Under the pieces are notes generated by a model. That model was given only the letters and a program-made list of their open reading frames with translations. It had not been told where the DNA came from and searched no databases. Below, one piece after another: positions 9,065 through 17,825 of a stretch of DNA of 64,000 nt. How positions within the stretch are numbered: position 1 is the first letter of the stretch; each line of letters begins with the position of its first letter. A program made the position numbers and the translations under genes. This DNA comes from Myxococcales bacterium (GTDB lineage: Bacteria > Myxococcota_A > UBA9042 > JABWCM01 > BTVJ01), in NCBI GenBank assembly GCA_045863395.1, contig BTVJ01000018.1, positions 49,326-113,325 on the forward strand. Direction: 5' to 3'.

Positions 9065-9468
9065 AGATCTTGCTCTCTGCGCAGGTAGAACGGGTAGACG
9101 AGGTTGCGAATGGCGTTGGTGCGGATCACCCGGTAGGAGACGTCGACCAGCATCACGTTCTCGTTGGCTGAGTCCGGGTAGGCCGACACCTTCAGATCAT
9201 CGATGCGCGGCTCCCACTTCACCAGCGCCTCGCGCACGTGGTAGGACACCAGCGAAGCCGTGGACGCGTTGTTGGGGTGGAACACGTACTCATGGATGCG
9301 GCAGCCGAAGTCGGGCCGCATGACGCGCTCCCCCGGCGCCGTGCCGAGGATGAGCAGGATCGCCTGCTCGATGGTCTCCTCGCCCTCCTTCTGGGCGATG
9401 TTCCCCGTCGCGTTGACGGTGAGTGGGTACGCCCATCCGACTCCGAGGAACGACTTCTTCCTGGCCAC
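9061..9468 (-). CDS. GPW/gp25-family baseplate protein
   Basis: FLGVGWAYP…IL.T.PGERVMRPDFGC…WEPRI…NLVYPFYL. GTG start at 9468; ATGA overlap with the next gene. Confidence 0.95.
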   Translation of the reverse strand: MARKKSFLGVGWAYPLTVNATGNIAQKEGEETIEQAILLILGTAPGERVMRPDFGCRIHEYVFHPNNASTASLVSYHVREALVKWEPRIDDLKVSAYPDSANENVMLVDVSYRVIRTNAIRNLVYPFYLRREQDL

Positions 9469-9539
9469 GTGCTGCCCCTTTCCAGTCGCCCTGCCCCGCC
9501 CCACCAGCAGCCGCGCAACCCCGCGCGGCTACGGTCACC

Positions 9540-9728
9540 TCACGCGAGGCGCCCGTCGAAGTATCGGCCGCAATTCGGGCACTCCAGCCGGATGTGCACC
9601 TCGTCGGCCTCGACCTCCAGCGTCCCCTTCTTGCAGTACGGGCACTTGTGGCCCTCCGTGCGCCCGTTGTAGACCTCGTCGACGATGTCCTGCAGGAGAT
9701 CGAGATCTTCGTAGGATAGCTCGCCCAT
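9540..9728 (-). CDS. Small (62 aa) zinc-ribbon protein
   Basis: MGELSYEDLDLLQDIVDE…CPYC…CPNC. Strong SD GAGGAG upstream of ATG 9728. Confidence 0.7.
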   Translation of the reverse strand: MGELSYEDLDLLQDIVDEVYNGRTEGHKCPYCKKGTLEVEADEVHIRLECPNCGRYFDGRLA

Positions 9729-9842
9729 CCGTCCTCTCCTCATCCACTGCCGGCAGAGACCGGGTTCGCGCAAGGGCTGCGGATCGCGCCTCACCGCCGG
9801 GCCACCACCCGCAAGAGAGACGACGCTCATCGAGGCCAGCCG

Positions 9843-9870
9843 ATAATAGCGATCCCCCCCGGCATGTCAA
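9843..9870 (-). promoter_or_regulatory. Near-consensus sigma70 promoter for the Zn-ribbon/baseplate operon
   Basis: Minus strand TTGACA-N16-TATTAT. Confidence 0.6.
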
Positions 9871-9963
9871 GCGGCAACGCCAGGAGCAATAGCTTGATTT
9901 CTCAAGAGATCCGCGACTGTGGAGGGCGACGACGGCGCCGAGGTCAGCGCAGGAGGAGGAGGA

Positions 9964-11715
9964 TCAGTTGCTGACGCTGGGCTTGTAGATGGGCGCCTCG
10001 TAGCTGACGTTGACCTTCTGCTTGGGCTCCAGGACCTCGTTGAAGAAGATCGCCTGGCCCGCGCCGCAGTCGTCCGCCGGACGGATGACGTAGTCCTTGT
10101 CCTCGCCCTCCTCCAGCGCCTTGAAGGTGCCGTCCGCGAAGGTCTTGGTGACCGTGATGCCCGTGCCGAGCTTCACGGGCTCGTCCACACAGATGCGCAC
10201 CACACGACGGAGGATGGTGTCGGCGATCTTGTCGAGGGCCTCGCCGAAGCCGGCCGGGCTGCAGATGTTGGTGGCGACGCCGTTCTTTCCGAAGGCCTTG
10301 ACGACCTGCAGATACCGCCCGCCCCAGTCGGACTGGCCCACTGCGCTCTCGCAGATGTAGGTGTTCTTGGCCAGCGGCCCCGGCCCGCCCTTTGACTTGA
10401 GGTAGGCGCGGATGCGCTCCTCCTCGCACTCCGCCGCGTCCTGACCTGCCTTGGTCGGGCACTTGAGGGCGCCGGTGGGGTCGCTGCCGGGAGCGGGCTT
10501 GCCGTCACCCGTGCCGACGACGCCGCCGACGATGGCGGCGACCAGGACGCGCGACGGGTCCGAGTTGACGCTGCGGAGCCCGTTGATGAACGTGCTCACG
10601 GGCTCCAGCGGCCCCTTGCCCGACGAGTCCTTCCAGGTCTTGGGCACGTACTCGCTGTCCGCGATGTCCCCCCCGATGGGGTCTTTGCCGTCCGTGTCGC
10701 CGAGCAGGCCGCACACCTGCCAGGCCTCGGCGACGAGGGTGCCGTTCTTCAGGAACTTCTTGGGCATCTGGGGGGAGACGCTGCAGTCCTCCTCGTCGGA
10801 CACGAAGATGATCACCTGGTAGGCGTCTTGCCGCAGGAAGCTCTTGGCCTGGTTGGCGTTGGGGCCGTTGACGTCCAGCGCAAGGAGCGCCGTGCGGAGG
10901 CCCATCTCGAGCTGCGGGTTCTTGTCCTGGAGGGCTCCGACCACCGCCATGCAACGGAACAGGTCTGCGACCGTCTGCCCCTCGGCGGCGGCGACCTCCG
11001 CGTCCACCCACGCCGGGAGCTTCGCCGGGCACCCATCGACGGCGGGCGGGTTGATGCAGCCTCGCAGGCTCATGTCGCCGCCGGGTGCGATGCACTGGTA
11101 GCGGCACGTGTCTCCGCCGCTCACCAGCTCCCCACAGCACTGGGCGCTCGTCGAGGCAGGCGTCGTGTTGTCGGTGCAGGACTTTCGGCAGTTGGAGTTG
11201 AGCGATCCGTTGGTGTTGGTCAGATACTGCGCCCCCTGGCTCGGCGGCTCGCACACCCACCCGGACGGCGTCGGGACCTTGCCCTTGAGCGCCTTCTCGC
11301 AGTCGCCGTCCGTCAGGCACTTCTCCACGCGCCGCTCCAGACAGTTCGGCGGGAAGGGCTTGGGCAGCTCGTGGTGGAACTTGCCCATCTCCTTCTCGGA
11401 CAGGCCGTCGGTGGTCACCACGGCCAGGCGAACGTCCACATTGACGAAGCCGGTGATCTTGCCAATGAACTCGTTGATGTTCGCCGCGAGCGCGTTCTGC
11501 TCCTGGCACATGGACACCGAGTTGTCGATGACCCAGAGGATGTCCAGCTTCACGGCGTCCGTGTTGCTGCGCTCGTCTGTGACCTGCGCCGAGAAGGAGT
11601 CGAGCACTCCCGCCACCGGCACGTCATTGCAGGCGGCGCCGAGGCCGGCTGCCAGGATCAAGGAGGGGGACAGCCACGCGAGCCTCTGTGACAAGCGCTT
11701 CCGACTGGTGATCAT
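9964..11715 (-). CDS. Cys-rich VWA-domain lipoprotein (myxobacterial CglB-like family)
   Basis: Lipobox GAAC. MIDAS DILWVIDNSVSM, LEMGL, FLRQDA…IIFVSDEEDCS, many Cys. Confidence 0.75.
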   Translation of the reverse strand: MITSRKRLSQRLAWLSPSLILAAGLGAACNDVPVAGVLDSFSAQVTDERSNTDAVKLDILWVIDNSVSMCQEQNALAANINEFIGKITGFVNVDVRLAVVTTDGLSEKEMGKFHHELPKPFPPNCLERRVEKCLTDGDCEKALKGKVPTPSGWVCEPPSQGAQYLTNTNGSLNSNCRKSCTDNTTPASTSAQCCGELVSGGDTCRYQCIAPGGDMSLRGCINPPAVDGCPAKLPAWVDAEVAAAEGQTVADLFRCMAVVGALQDKNPQLEMGLRTALLALDVNGPNANQAKSFLRQDAYQVIIFVSDEEDCSVSPQMPKKFLKNGTLVAEAWQVCGLLGDTDGKDPIGGDIADSEYVPKTWKDSSGKGPLEPVSTFINGLRSVNSDPSRVLVAAIVGGVVGTGDGKPAPGSDPTGALKCPTKAGQDAAECEEERIRAYLKSKGGPGPLAKNTYICESAVGQSDWGGRYLQVVKAFGKNGVATNICSPAGFGEALDKIADTILRRVVRICVDEPVKLGTGITVTKTFADGTFKALEEGEDKDYVIRPADDCGAGQAIFFNEVLEPKQKVNVSYEAPIYKPSVSN

Positions 11716-11866
11716 GTCAACGTCTCCGTGTGTCGCTGCTCCCGAGCGACGCGACTGCGTTGGTGGCGTGGTGCGGTTCCGGGCGCCGCCCGATTTGGGA
11801 AGTATAGAGCCGCCCCCCGGTGGCTACAAGTCCGATGCCAGGTCGCACGTAACGGCGGTGAGGCGG

Positions 11867-13081
11867 TCAGCAGGGGCCCGGGGTGTACTGCATGATGCCG
11901 AAGCACTCGGCCGCGCAGGGGTTGGGGTAGGTCAGCCCGTCGACTCCGCAGACCGGGTCCTGCTGGTTCATGTCACACTTGCAGACGCACACGTCGTCAT
12001 AGAGCACGGCGACGCCGACCGCCGCCGAGAAGCACTGGTTCGGGTAGGTCTTGAAATCGGTCCCACACACGGGCGCCAGGTCCTTCTCGCACTCGGGGCA
12101 GGTGGCGTTCGAGAACACCATCGCCCCCTCGCAGGTGGCGAAGCAGTCGTTGCGGTAGCTCTTCACGTTGTTGTCCATGCCCCAGCCGCACACCGGCGCG
12201 CACGACGTGCTGCAGGCGGCGCACGCCGGGTTGCCCGCGAAGTCGCTCGGGCAGTTGCCGGCGCAGGCGAGCGTGGCCTCCGAGCACTTGGTGTTCTGGA
12301 CGTGGCAGGAGTTGGGGTAGGTCTTGCCGTCGGTGCCGCAGACCGGCCAGTCCTGCTTCCCGCAGTTGCAGGCCGACTTGCAGGGGCCGCAGTTCTTGAA
12401 CGTCAGCGCCTCGACGCCCTCGTTGGCGCAAGAGAAGTCGCACCAGTCGGTGTACGTCTGGTCCGCCTTGTCGCAGTACTGGGCGTCTGGACCGCAGTCC
12501 AGGTTGGGGGGCGGTGCCTCGCACACACACGCGGCGCAGTCCTGGAGCAGGCACTTTCCGTCGAGCAGGTCCTGGAGGGAGATGCCCCCGCACTGGGCGA
12601 AGCAGTCGTTGGCGTAGTCCACGCCATCACAGCAGAGCGGGAAGTAGCCCTTGTCGATGCACTTGTTCTTCTCTTCGCAGGGGAGGTCCTCCACGTCGCC
12701 GGCGTCTTCCGTGTCCGCGGGCTCCGTGGCGTCTCCGTCGTCCTCGCTCCCCGTGTCCTCGGTGTCCGTCACGGAGCCGGCGTCGCTGCCGGTGTCGGTG
12801 ACCTGCACGTCGGGTGTGACCGCCGTGTCGCCCCCTGCGTCGGAGGCGGTGTCGCCGGAGGTGGAGCCGTCGGGGATCGCCGAGTCCGGCTGGTCCCCCG
12901 TGTCGGCGGTGCTCGTATCGCCCACCCCGCCAGCATCTGCCGTGTCCTCATCATTTGTGACATCGACGTTCCCGGACGGGGTGCCGGTCGTGTCATCCGA
13001 CGGGCAGGCCGAGAGCGCGATGAAGGCGGCGACGCCCGTGAAGAGGCCCAGGCGGTTGAGCAGGGCGCGGGTCGATGTCAT
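11867..13081 (-). CDS. Lipoprotein with acidic stalk and six Kazal-type repeats
   Basis: Lipobox LSAC, D/T/G/A linker, repeats such as [42 protein letters not shown]. Confidence 0.85.
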   Translation of the reverse strand: MTSTRALLNRLGLFTGVAAFIALSACPSDDTTGTPSGNVDVTNDEDTADAGGVGDTSTADTGDQPDSAIPDGSTSGDTASDAGGDTAVTPDVQVTDTGSDAGSVTDTEDTGSEDDGDATEPADTEDAGDVEDLPCEEKNKCIDKGYFPLCCDGVDYANDCFAQCGGISLQDLLDGKCLLQDCAACVCEAPPPNLDCGPDAQYCDKADQTYTDWCDFSCANEGVEALTFKNCGPCKSACNCGKQDWPVCGTDGKTYPNSCHVQNTKCSEATLACAGNCPSDFAGNPACAACSTSCAPVCGWGMDNNVKSYRNDCFATCEGAMVFSNATCPECEKDLAPVCGTDFKTYPNQCFSAAVGVAVLYDDVCVCKCDMNQQDPVCGVDGLTYPNPCAAECFGIMQYTPGPC

Positions 13082-13153
13082 GCGGGTCCTCATGCAGGTC
13101 CTCATCAAGGGCTGGTCCTGGTGTTGCCAGGTCGGGAGCTGTCAGCTTCGGGG

Positions 13154-13183
13154 AGTCTAGCACCGCCTCCGAGCGACGATCAA
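13154..13183 (-). promoter_or_regulatory. sigma70-type promoter for the Kazal lipoprotein
   Basis: Minus strand TTGATC-N18-TAGACT with extended -10 TG. Confidence 0.4.
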
Positions 13184-13278
13184 CCTCTGCGTCCCCTGAC
13201 GGGGTCAGTTGACCGCGTTCACCGGGGCGACCAGAATGCCGTGCCAGTGAAACAGCAGAGATCACGGGAGTGGCGCCC

Positions 13279-15324
13279 ATGACACCGAGCACCGCAAGAC
13301 GACTCGCTGGGGAGCGGTCGCCCCACCTGCGCCAGCACGCCGGAGACCCCGTCGACTGGTGGCCCTGGTGCCCTGACGCCTTCGCACGCGCGCGGGAGGC
13401 CGACCTGCCCGTCCTCCTGTCCGTCGGGTACGCGGCCAGCCAGCTCTGCCAGGCCATGGGGGCGGAGAGCTTCGCTGACCCAGGGATCGCGTCCGAGGTC
13501 GACGGGCGGTTCATCTGCGTGAAGGTGGACCGGGAGGAGCGCCCGGACGTGGACCAGCTCTACCAGACCGCCGCCCAGCTCGCCATCGGCAGGGGGGGCT
13601 GGCCCCTGACGGTGTTCCTGCTTCCCGACGGGCGCCCCTTTCACGTGGCGACGTGGCTGCCCCGCGAGTCCCGGCCGGGGCAGCCCTCGCTGAAGGACGT
13701 GCTCCGCGTGGTGCACGAGGCCTGGGCTGCTCGGCGGCCGGACCTGGAGGCCCAGGCCGCCACGTGGCTGGACTCCCTGCGGCGGCTGGAGCCCGCGCGC
13801 CCGGCCGCGCCGACGGTGGAGCTGGTAGACGACGCCTGCGACGCCCTGGCGGCCCGCTTCGACGGGGTAGACGGCGGCTTTGGCCGCGCGCCCAAGTTTC
13901 CATCGACCCCGGCCCTGGCCCTCATCGGGCGCCAGGCGCGCCGCACGGGGGAGCCGCGGTGGCGCGACATGGTCCACACGAGCCTCGAGCGGATGGCGGA
14001 GGGAGGCATTCGCGACCACCTGGACGGCGGATTTCACCGCTATGCGGCGGATAGTCGCTGGTTGTCACCGCATTTCGAGAAGATGCTCCCGGACAGCGCG
14101 CTCCTCGCAGTGGCCTACCTCGATGGTTGGCACCTGACTGGAGACGAGGGGTTCCTGGAGGTCGCGCGGGAGACCCTCGGGTTCATGGAGCGGCGCCTGC
14201 TGCGGGGGGATCTCTTCGCGGGCTCCATCGACGCCGACGCGCCCCCCGGCGGCTACTACCGCTGGACCCGGACCCAGGTGGAGGACACCCTGGGACCCGA
14301 GCATGCCCGCGCCTTCTGTTTCGCCTACGGGGTGCCCGAGCGGACCGATGAGGCCGTCGCCCTGCACCTCCCGCGGCCCTTCTCCGTGAGCGCACACCGG
14401 CTCGGGCGGTCCCTGGAGGATCTGGAGGCCCTGCTGGCGAGCTGCCGCCTGGCGCTCCTGAAGCGGCGCTCCGAGCGCCCGGCGCCGGCGACCAGGGCCA
14501 ACGTGGTGGTCGCATGGAACGCGCTCGCGATCCGCGCCTTCGCCCGCGGGTGGCGAGCGACCGGCGACCGGGCGCTGCTGCTTCGAGCCACGGAGACCGC
14601 AGGCGCGCTCCTTCGGGGGGCCCTCGACGCCAGCGGACTCCTCTGCCGGGTGATTGTCGATGGAGCCCCGTTTCAGCCCGCATTCCTCGATGACCACTCG
14701 TTCTTGGCGGATGCACTGCTCGATCTGCATGAGGCAGACCCCAGCGGCCCATGGGTCTCGCGGGCTCGTTGGCTCGCTGACGAGCTCCTCTCGCGGTTCC
14801 TCGATGAGTCGGGGAGCAAGCTCTCGCTCTGCTCCGAGGCCCACGGGCCCCTGGCGCACCGCCCCGGCGCAACCTGGGACCAGTCGGAGCCCAGCCCCGC
14901 GGCCATTGCCGTGCGTGTGCTCCTGCGGCTCCACCAGCTCGAGGGGGACCAGCGCGCCTGGGACGCCGCCGAGCAGGTGCTCGTCGGCCAGGGCGAGGCG
15001 ATGCGGGCCAACCCCGCAGCGCACGCCACGCTCATCGCGGTCGCGGACCGCTTCATCCAGCCGCCGGTGACGGTGGTCGTCGTGGGGAGCCCCGAGGACG
15101 CCCGCGCCGAGGAGCTGCGAGCGGCGGCGGCTCGGGCTGGCGACCCGGGAGCAGCGATTGTCTGTGTCCCCGACGACGATCCGCGCTTGGCGCCGGGCTC
15201 AGGTCATCCACTCTTCGCGGGGCGCGGCGGCACCTCCGGAGCAGCCGCCTGGGTGCGAGTCGGCCACGCGTGGGAGGGGCCAGTGGCGACGCCACAGGAG
15301 CTCGTGGCGACCCTCCGCCGATGA
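13279..15324 (+). CDS. Thioredoxin-domain protein YyaL/SSP411 (DUF255 + six-hairpin glycosidase-like)
   Basis: SPHLRQHA.DPVDW, KVDREERPDVD, GGWPLTVFL, GGFGRAPKFP, PHFEKML. Confidence 0.9.
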   Translation: MTPSTARRLAGERSPHLRQHAGDPVDWWPWCPDAFARAREADLPVLLSVGYAASQLCQAMGAESFADPGIASEVDGRFICVKVDREERPDVDQLYQTAAQLAIGRGGWPLTVFLLPDGRPFHVATWLPRESRPGQPSLKDVLRVVHEAWAARRPDLEAQAATWLDSLRRLEPARPAAPTVELVDDACDALAARFDGVDGGFGRAPKFPSTPALALIGRQARRTGEPRWRDMVHTSLERMAEGGIRDHLDGGFHRYAADSRWLSPHFEKMLPDSALLAVAYLDGWHLTGDEGFLEVARETLGFMERRLLRGDLFAGSIDADAPPGGYYRWTRTQVEDTLGPEHARAFCFAYGVPERTDEAVALHLPRPFSVSAHRLGRSLEDLEALLASCRLALLKRRSERPAPATRANVVVAWNALAIRAFARGWRATGDRALLLRATETAGALLRGALDASGLLCRVIVDGAPFQPAFLDDHSFLADALLDLHEADPSGPWVSRARWLADELLSRFLDESGSKLSLCSEAHGPLAHRPGATWDQSEPSPAAIAVRVLLRLHQLEGDQRAWDAAEQVLVGQGEAMRANPAAHATLIAVADRFIQPPVTVVVVGSPEDARAEELRAAAARAGDPGAAIVCVPDDDPRLAPGSGHPLFAGRGGTSGAAAWVRVGHAWEGPVATPQELVATLRR

Positions 15325-15325
15325 G

Positions 15326-16852
15326 CTACTGCGCCACGTGCGCCGTGGTCGTGATCAAGGCCGGTACCCCCTGCCACACGGTGCGCAGCTCCACGTAGCC
15401 GGCCCAGTGCTTCACGATGGCCTGGACGGCCCCCTTGTAGCGCGGCCGCCCCTGCGGGTCCGTCCCGTTGGGGGTCAGGTCCACCGAGGCCCAGGTCGCG
15501 TCGCGCAGGTCCGCGTCGTCGAGGGTGGCGCCGTCGGTGTACCATGCCTTGACGGAGGACACGGTGGGCGCCGCGCCTCCCTCGGCCTCGAGGAGGGCCT
15601 CCACCGTGTGGTTGAAGGCCCCAGAGGAGGTCCAGGCCGCCGTCAGGCGCAGATGTGGGCGCCCCGCGAGCACGGAGGCGACGAAGCCCTGGTACGCCTC
15701 CAGGTGCTTCCCTGTGGCCACGCCCAGCCCATAGCCGTCGACCAGGGCGGTGCGCGCGTCCAGGGTGGGGGCGTACAGGGCCGTGGCGCCGAGCGGAGAC
15801 ACCGGATCGTTGGTCCCCCGCGCGATGAGCACCGCGCGCCCGGCCAGAGACGGCGCCAAGGTCGCCGGGTCGTCCATGGAGCGCCACCAGACCCCGAGGG
15901 GACCAGCGAGCGTCTCCGCCCAGCGGTCGGCCTCCTGCTGCTCCGCCGCCTTGGCGCTCACGGCGCGGACCAGCGCCCAGAAGGCGGGCAGGTCCCCCGC
16001 GTCGGCGCCCGCGACGAAGAGCCCCTTCACCCGGGTATCGGCTGCACCTGCGAGCCAGAGCGCCCTGCCCCGCCGCCCCGCCCCCGCGAGCACGACGCGG
16101 GCAGGCGCAAGCACCGGGATGCCCGCCACCTCCGCCTTCTGCAGCGCCGCGGGCAGCTCGGCCACCGCCGTGATGGCCCGCAGGTACGTGCGGGCCATGG
16201 CGACGGTGAGGCTCCACTTGGGGTTGGCAGACTCGAGGGTGAGCAGCGTCGCGCAGTCGTCCAGGTCTTTCTGCTGGAGCAGGCGGTTGAAGCAGTCGGG
16301 GAACGCATCCGTGAGAGGCGGGGACTCCTTCGGGTTGAAGATGGTGTCGTCCGGCACCTGCCCGAGCACGAGCACGGGCAGGCCGAGTAGCGCCGCCGTG
16401 CCCGCGCCGAAGTCGTCGTCGATGGACACGTCGACGCCGGCGTCCAGATCCGGCGTACCCTGCTGCATGACGACCAGCGCGCTGGCTCCGTCCGGCGCCA
16501 GCACCTGCGGCACGTAGAGGACCGCCGGGTGATCCCACGCGTTCCCGTGCCAGATGTGGCTCCGGAACGCGAACGGGACGAGCCAGACGCCGGCAGGCTC
16601 GTCGAGCAGCTTCACGTTGGCGCCCTTGAGCTGCAGGTTGAGCCCCTCCGCCGTCTGGATGGACTCGGCCGGCAGCAGCTCAGCTACCACGACCGGCGCC
16701 TTCGCGTCGGGCGCCTGGGCCACGTCGGCGACGTCCTCCGCGGTGCCCGCGTCGGCGCCCGGGCCCACCGGGCCAGGGTTCGTGACGGGATCGTCGCCCT
16801 CGCAGCAGGCGAGCGCGATGAGGAGGGCCACGGCAGGTCGCAGGTGGTTCAT
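15326..16852 (-). CDS. PhoPQ-activated pathogenicity-related (PqaA-like) alpha/beta-hydrolase-fold lipoprotein
   Basis: Lipobox LAC. W.G..WDH…YVP, 'VAMARTYLRAITA', 'VVLAGAGRRG…WLAGAAD.RV', DLRDATW. Confidence 0.7.
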   Translation of the reverse strand: MNHLRPAVALLIALACCEGDDPVTNPGPVGPGADAGTAEDVADVAQAPDAKAPVVVAELLPAESIQTAEGLNLQLKGANVKLLDEPAGVWLVPFAFRSHIWHGNAWDHPAVLYVPQVLAPDGASALVVMQQGTPDLDAGVDVSIDDDFGAGTAALLGLPVLVLGQVPDDTIFNPKESPPLTDAFPDCFNRLLQQKDLDDCATLLTLESANPKWSLTVAMARTYLRAITAVAELPAALQKAEVAGIPVLAPARVVLAGAGRRGRALWLAGAADTRVKGLFVAGADAGDLPAFWALVRAVSAKAAEQQEADRWAETLAGPLGVWWRSMDDPATLAPSLAGRAVLIARGTNDPVSPLGATALYAPTLDARTALVDGYGLGVATGKHLEAYQGFVASVLAGRPHLRLTAAWTSSGAFNHTVEALLEAEGGAAPTVSSVKAWYTDGATLDDADLRDATWASVDLTPNGTDPQGRPRYKGAVQAIVKHWAGYVELRTVWQGVPALITTTAHVAQ

Positions 16853-16952
16853 GGCGAGCCATGCTAGCCGGGACCGCGCCCGAGTTCCAGCGGGCCCCGC
16901 GCGATGCCGCCCCGCCATTGGGCGCCCCAATCCGGACCGTCACAGGTCGGAT

Positions 16953-16980
16953 TTGATCCGCGCGCTCCCCGGACTACAAT
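16953..16980 (+). promoter_or_regulatory. sigma70-type promoter
   Basis: TTGATC-N16-TACAAT, 30 nt upstream of ATG 17011. Confidence 0.45.
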
Positions 16981-17010
16981 GGGAGCCCTCCAGGGGGCGG
17001 GAGCGGGACC

Positions 17011-17742
17011 ATGCGCATCGGCATCTTCTCCGACGTCCACAGCAACCACAGCGCTCTGCGGACCGTCATCGACTACTGCCGTGGCGCTGGCGTGGAGCGC
17101 TTCATCTGTCTCGGAGACGTCATCGGCTACGGCGCCGAGCCCAACGAGTGCTGCGAGCTGATCCGCAACGTCGCCAACGTCACGCTCCTCGGCAACCACG
17201 ACGCGGCGTGCATCGGCGTCATGGACACGAGCTACTACTACAAGGAGGCCCGTGACGCCCTGCTCTGGACCCGGGAGCGTCTGACCGCCGAGAACTTCCG
17301 GTGGCTCTACTCGCTTCCCTACTCGTTCCACTACGACAACCTGGCGTTCTACCACTCGGCCCCGATCCAGCCCTCGGGCTTCTACTACGTGGTCACCACG
17401 TCGGACGCGGATCTGCACTCCCGCATGGACGACCGGCTCCAGGAGTTCAACTTCGTCGGCCACTCGCACCTGACCAACATGTACGCGCTCGGCGGCCGCA
17501 AGGTGAAGGACGCGACCGGCGGCGAGTGCCGCGCCCTGGCGGGGCGCAAGTGGATCATCAACGTGGGCAGCGTGGGCCAGCCGCGGGACCGTGACCCGCG
17601 CACCTGCTTCGGCATCTTCGACACCGAGGCCCAGTCCTTCGAGCACGTCCGCCTGGAGTACGACGTGGACGCCACCGCGAGCCGCATCCTGGACGCGGGG
17701 CTTGCACGCAAGTTCGCCCGGCGCCTCTACAGCGGCACCTGA
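17011..17742 (+). CDS. Metallophosphoesterase family protein
   Basis: SDVHSN, LGDVIGYG, GNHD, GHSH, INVGSVGQPRD. Confidence 0.93.
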   Translation: MRIGIFSDVHSNHSALRTVIDYCRGAGVERFICLGDVIGYGAEPNECCELIRNVANVTLLGNHDAACIGVMDTSYYYKEARDALLWTRERLTAENFRWLYSLPYSFHYDNLAFYHSAPIQPSGFYYVVTTSDADLHSRMDDRLQEFNFVGHSHLTNMYALGGRKVKDATGGECRALAGRKWIINVGSVGQPRDRDPRTCFGIFDTEAQSFEHVRLEYDVDATASRILDAGLARKFARRLYSGT

Positions 17743-17750
17743 CGCCCGCA

Positions 17751-17779
17751 TTGACACCCGCGCCGTGATTGGCTAGACG
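17751..17779 (+). promoter_or_regulatory. sigma70-type promoter for mrp
   Basis: TTGACA-N17-TAGACG. Confidence 0.5.
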
Positions 17780-17825
17780 GCAGGCGGGCGACGAGCCGCC
17801 CCACCCAACGCGCCAAGGAGCACCC

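Noticed and set aside
3542..9468. Prophage or canonical T6SS
   Set aside because: No capsid, terminase, integrase or lysis genes, and no TssF/G/K/J/L/M or ClpV. The proteins are eCIS-type and their composition matches the host.
13230..13247. sigma54 promoter (minus-strand TGGCACGG)
   Set aside because: No GC at the -12 position (GG-N10-TG).
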